The notes under the pieces: model-generated
What the model saw: the letters and a program-made list of their open reading frames with translations, nothing else
Database searches by the model: none
What the model was told of the DNA's origin: nothing
Translations under genes and position numbers: made by a program
Assembly (NCBI GenBank): GCA_025361505.1
Contig: JANYKZ010000077.1
Span: forward strand, 1 to 51,262
DNA length: 51,262 nucleotides
Reading direction: 5' to 3'
DNA from: Coriobacteriia bacterium
GTDB taxonomy: Bacteria > Actinomycetota > Coriobacteriia > Anaerosomatales > PALSA-660
Part shown: positions 47,368 to 51,262 of the stretch, piece after piece
Position numbering within the stretch: the first letter of the stretch is position 1
Layout: every line of letters starts with the position of its first letter

Positions 47368-47474
47368 GGTGATCCATCTCCTCGAGGCGGGACGGGGAAC
47401 GCTATCAAGCGTACCATTCCCCCAAGGGGGTACTTCATCTAGGGCAGGCGCGCATTCGGCGAAGGGCGGCTTCG

Positions 47475-48098
47475 ATGGCCTCGGTCTTCTACACATCCGA
47501 CGCGAGCTCGCTGAGGCGCACGTGGGTGCCTCTGGTGGCGTGGGGCACGCTCATCGCCGCCTTCGGGATCATCGTGGCCGCGTACCCGGGGCTGACAACC
47601 AGTGCGCTGGTGTTCATGGTCGGATTGGGATCGGTGCTCGCCGGTCTGGTGTGGGTGTCGTGGATCATCTCCCTGCGGCGGCTCACCGGGGCGTGGTGGC
47701 TCGTCTCCCTCGTCCCCGGCCTGCTGCTGCTCGCGTTCGGCGTCTACGCGCTGCTCAACCCCACCACCCTCGCACGGTTCTTCGTCACCGTCGTCGGCGC
47801 GCTGGTGGCGCTCGGCGGACTCGCGGACATGGCGGCGGCCTGGCGCTGGCGCTCGTTCTTCGGAGCCTGGTGGCTTCGGCTGCTGCGCGGCCTGCTCGTC
47901 GCCACGATCGGCGTGCTCGTCCTGCTGATGCCGGAGACCGGAGTCGCCACGGCCGGGCTGCTGCTCGGGTTCGGACTCCTGGTGGTAGGCGCCGTCACGA
48001 TCGCGCTCGGGTTCGCGGCGTGGCGTCTGCCGAAGGGCGGCGCCACGGTCATCGTGAACGCGCCCCCGACGGACCGCGGGCCGCTCCCGCTCGCCTGA
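47475..48098 (+). CDS. HdeD/DUF308-like membrane protein
   Basis: Six TM helices in repeated G.....G.....P hairpins. Confidence 0.75.
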   Translation: MASVFYTSDASSLRRTWVPLVAWGTLIAAFGIIVAAYPGLTTSALVFMVGLGSVLAGLVWVSWIISLRRLTGAWWLVSLVPGLLLLAFGVYALLNPTTLARFFVTVVGALVALGGLADMAAAWRWRSFFGAWWLRLLRGLLVATIGVLVLLMPETGVATAGLLLGFGLLVVGAVTIALGFAAWRLPKGGATVIVNAPPTDRGPLPLA

Positions 48099-48239
48099 CG
48101 CCGCCCGTCGCGACACCTTCATCGTTCGTCGGAATCGGCCTCCGGGCCGCGTTCCCGCCTCCCCGTGGCGCGGGTATCAACCTCGCCGGAGTCTCTGGAA
48201 CCGCCGGAGACGATGGGTCGCTGAAGGAGGTGGAGAGTC

Positions 48240-48722
48240 ATGGCGATGCAGAGATGGGACCCGTTCGCCGGGTTGGGCACGCTCGAGCGCGACATCGACC
48301 GGCTGTGGTCGCGGACGCTCACGCCGTCCGCGAAGGACCGGCGCGTCCAGGCCGGCATCTTCGCTCCCACGACGGACGTCCTCACGCGCGGCGACGACAT
48401 GGTCGTGCGCGTCGAGTTGCCCGGCGTGATGGAGAAGGACATCGACATCTCGATCACGGACGACATCCTGTCGATCACGGGCACGCGTGAGGAGCAGACG
48501 GAGACGACCGAGCAGGGTGGGTACCTGGTGCGCGAGTCGTTCCGCGGCAGCTTCGAGCGCAGCATGTCGCTTCCGGCGGGCGTCGACGCCGACGCGATCG
48601 TCGCGAAGTACGAGGACGGCGTCCTCGAGGTCGTCGTTCCGAAGGCCGCCGCGATGCACGAGCGCCGCACGCGCCACATCGAGCTGCAGTCCGGCGAGCG
48701 GAAGGCGATGGAGGGTCGGTAG
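48240..48722 (+). CDS. Hsp20/alpha-crystallin small heat-shock protein
   Basis: SD AAGGAGGT; RWDPF, ELPG, GSFERS, YEDGVLEVVVPK. Confidence 0.95.
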   Translation: MAMQRWDPFAGLGTLERDIDRLWSRTLTPSAKDRRVQAGIFAPTTDVLTRGDDMVVRVELPGVMEKDIDISITDDILSITGTREEQTETTEQGGYLVRESFRGSFERSMSLPAGVDADAIVAKYEDGVLEVVVPKAAAMHERRTRHIELQSGERKAMEGR

Positions 48723-48746
48723 GCCGTCCGTTGGGACCGCTCGCAG

Positions 48747-48778
48747 AAGGGCCCGGCCGTTCGCTCGCCGGGCCCTTT
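48747..48778 (+). terminator. Intrinsic terminator
   Basis: AAGGGCCCGGC...GCCGGGCCCTTT after hsp20. Confidence 0.7.
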
Positions 48779-48975
48779 CCGCACCCACGCATGTCGTATG
48801 GTGGTGCAGGGACGGCTTCGGGGGGATCTCGGCGCGCGACGCGCCTTCACGGATTCTTGATGCACTCCCAAGCGTTCTCTATGCGTTCTTAACGCGCGAC
48901 CGAGTAGCGTGACGGATCGTGATCCAAGAGCGCGATGCAGCGATGCGCGCGGACGACGTGGGGGAAGGGACGAAC

Positions 48976-51234
48976 ATGTTCGATGTGGGTGCGCTGACGA
49001 CGATCGCGTTCTGGATCGTCGGGGTGATCGCGGTCCTCGTGATCGCGTTCAAGGCGATAGGCGTTCGCGTCATCAGCTCGAACCAGACCGGGATCGTCGA
49101 GAAGTGGTGGTCGCCGAGGGGGTCTCTCAAGGACTCGATCATCGCCATGAACGGCGAGGCGGGCTATCAGCCGGAGGTGCTGCGAGGCGGCATCCACTTC
49201 CGGTCGCCCTTCATGTACCGCGTACGGATCATGCCCCTCGTGACCATCCCGCAGGGCAAGATCGGCTACGTCTTCGCCCGCGACGGCATCCCGATGAAGC
49301 CGGAGCAGACGCTGGCCAGCGTGGTCGAGTGCTCCACGTTCCAGGACGTCGCCGCGTTTATGGCCAACGGCGGCCAGCGGGGGCCGCAGCGCGCGATCAT
49401 GCGCGAGGGGACCTACGCGCTGAACATGGCGCAGTTCATGGTCATCACCGAGAGCCACGTCTACTACCTCCCGATGGGCAACGCCGAGGAGGAGGCCACC
49501 GTCATGTCCATGGCCTCCCATCTCACCAGCGTCGGCGGCTTCACACCGGTGCTCATCAAGGGGTCCGAGGACAAGGTCGGTGTCGTGACAGTCCAGGACG
49601 GCCCCTCCCTGCCGATGGGCGACATCATCGCACCGCCCGTGGGCGACGAGGCCGGCGGCCCGAACTACCACAACAACTTCCAGAACCCCGAGGCGTTCCT
49701 GAGCGCCGGCGGATACCGGGGCCGCCAGTACCAGGTGCTGACAGAGGGCACCTACTTCATCAACCGGCTGTTCGCCACGGTCGAGCTCATCGAGAAGACG
49801 ATCGTCCCGGTCGGCTACGCCGGCGTCGTCGTGAGCTACTACGGCCCCAAGGGCGCCGACATCTCCGGCGAGGAGTACCGCCACGGGGAGCTCGTAACCA
49901 CGGGCAACCGGGGCGTGTGGAGCGAGCCGCTCATGCCGGGCAAGTACGCGTTCAACCTCTTCGCCGGCAAGGTGATCCTCGTCCCGACGACCAACATCAT
50001 CCTGAAGTGGATCAAGGGAGAGGTCGGGGCGCACAACTTCGACGCCAACCTCGCCGAGATCGGCCTCATCACCAAGGACGCGTTCGAGCCGTCGCTGCCG
50101 CTGTCGGTGGTCATCCACATCGACTACAAGAAGGCGCCGCTCGTGATCCAGCGCTTCGGCGACATCACGATGCTCGTCAACCAGACGCTCGACCCGATGG
50201 TGTCGAGCTACTTCAAGAACGTCGGCCAGACCAAGACCCTCATCGAGCTCATCCAGCAGCGCAACGAGATCCAGGCGCGCAGCAGCGAGGACATGAAGGA
50301 GCGTTTCGGCCGCTACAACCTCGAGCTGGAAGAGGTACTGATCGGCACCCCGCGCTCCCCCGAGGGCGACACCCGCATCGAGACGATCCTGACCCAGCTG
50401 CGCGACCGGCAGATCGCCTTCGAGAAGCTCGAGACGTTCGACAAGCAGAAGATCGCGGCGGACAAGGAGCGCGAGCTCAAGGAGGCCATGGCGGTCGCCG
50501 AGCAGCAGACGATGCTCACGCAGTCCGAGATCAACATCAAGGTCCAGGAGAACCAGGGTCGCGCCGAGCTGCAGCGGGCCGCGCAGGACGCCGAGCGGGT
50601 CAAGACGCTGGCGCGAGGCGACGCCGAGAAGGTGCGCACGCTGGCGGCCGGTGAGGCCGACAAGGTCAAGCTGATGGCCGGCGCCGAGCAGGCCCGCATG
50701 AAGATGCTGGCCGACGCGGACGCGACGCGCATCCGCGTCACCGCCGAGGCGGATGCCGACCGCGAGGCCCGCGTCGGCATCGGCAGGGCCATCGCCATCG
50801 AGGAGCAGGTCAACGCCTACGGCGGCCCCCAGCTCCAGCTCGCGCAGGACGTCATGACCAAGATGGCGCAGGCGATCGAGACCTCCAAGGTGCCGATCGT
50901 CCCGCAGACCGTGGTCAACATGGGTGGCGGCGGCGAGGGCGGCGACTCGGGCGCGAACAACAACGCGTTCGGCCTCCTGCTGGCGCTGCTCACCTCCGAG
51001 AAGCTCGGCGCGCCGGTGGTACGCCCGGTCGACACCGGGCGCTCTGCCAGCGCCGACGCGCTGCGCGCCTCCGTCATGGAGGGCGCGACCAAGACGCCGG
51101 AGAACACCGGCACCGGGGCGAAGGCTGCCGAGGAGAAGGCTGCCCGTCCCGCCGCGCGCCCGATGGAGACCCGATCGCTGCCGGACACGCACCCGACGAG
51201 CGAGAACGCCACCGAGCCGCCCAAGAAGCCGTAG
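48976..51234 (+). CDS. Long SPFH/band-7 (flotillin-like) membrane protein
   Basis: N-terminal TM, repeated G.Q..VL..G.Y units, ITKDAFEP, AEA-rich coiled coil. Confidence 0.85.
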   Translation: MFDVGALTTIAFWIVGVIAVLVIAFKAIGVRVISSNQTGIVEKWWSPRGSLKDSIIAMNGEAGYQPEVLRGGIHFRSPFMYRVRIMPLVTIPQGKIGYVFARDGIPMKPEQTLASVVECSTFQDVAAFMANGGQRGPQRAIMREGTYALNMAQFMVITESHVYYLPMGNAEEEATVMSMASHLTSVGGFTPVLIKGSEDKVGVVTVQDGPSLPMGDIIAPPVGDEAGGPNYHNNFQNPEAFLSAGGYRGRQYQVLTEGTYFINRLFATVELIEKTIVPVGYAGVVVSYYGPKGADISGEEYRHGELVTTGNRGVWSEPLMPGKYAFNLFAGKVILVPTTNIILKWIKGEVGAHNFDANLAEIGLITKDAFEPSLPLSVVIHIDYKKAPLVIQRFGDITMLVNQTLDPMVSSYFKNVGQTKTLIELIQQRNEIQARSSEDMKERFGRYNLELEEVLIGTPRSPEGDTRIETILTQLRDRQIAFEKLETFDKQKIAADKERELKEAMAVAEQQTMLTQSEINIKVQENQGRAELQRAAQDAERVKTLARGDAEKVRTLAAGEADKVKLMAGAEQARMKMLADADATRIRVTAEADADREARVGIGRAIAIEEQVNAYGGPQLQLAQDVMTKMAQAIETSKVPIVPQTVVNMGGGGEGGDSGANNNAFGLLLALLTSEKLGAPVVRPVDTGRSASADALRASVMEGATKTPENTGTGAKAAEEKAARPAARPMETRSLPDTHPTSENATEPPKKP

Positions 51235-51262
51235 GGCGGTCCGCGGCGCGAGAAGTGGGGGG

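Noticed and set aside
48100-48240. RNA thermometer or CIRCE/HAIR operator before hsp20
   Set aside because: No consensus operator or local anti-SD hairpin that I could support.
21773-51192. Many long antisense or alternate-frame ORFs (e.g. 21773..23974, 27175..29400, 41085..43256, 48889..51192)
   Set aside because: Expected in high-GC DNA opposite real genes; Arg/Ala/Gly-rich with no family motifs.

Overview
High-GC bacterial chromosomal window, probably actinobacterial and possibly an anaerobic Coriobacteriia-like lineage. This is an inference from PdtaS/PdtaR, DegV, a ZAS-fused ECF sigma factor and apparent selenocysteine use. (1) 1-2580: an integrase-less integron cassette array on the minus strand, with three cassettes, two intact 86-bp attC sites with non-canonical GTTC cores, and a candidate attI/Pc. 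Its third attC is split by an IS110-family element whose 5' non-coding end encodes a bridge-RNA-like structure with guides matching its own circle junction. (2) 2.8-18.5 kb: mixed housekeeping and regulatory genes (panD, LysE/Lrp, DegV, an ECF-antisigma fusion with a repeated cognate promoter, cls, pdtaS/pdtaR, HD-GYP, tRNA-Leu, a deaminase, a class II aldolase). (3) 18.5-40.9 kb: a large, partly duplicated copper/redox locus with two CopA, one CopB, CopZ, cupredoxins, DsbD_2-cupredoxin fusions, a two-component system, a Rex-like regulator and CcdA. It contains an unannotated UGA/SECIS-recoded rhodanese-thioredoxin selenoprotein. It is headed by a Cys/His-rich secreted leader ORF whose stop codon is followed by an anti-SD that can sequester the next gene's ribosome-binding site. 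(4) 40.9-51.2 kb: pfk, accA, accD, class I aldolase, GNAT, nadE, HdeD-like, Hsp20 and SPFH genes. All calls come from reading motifs by eye; no searches were run.
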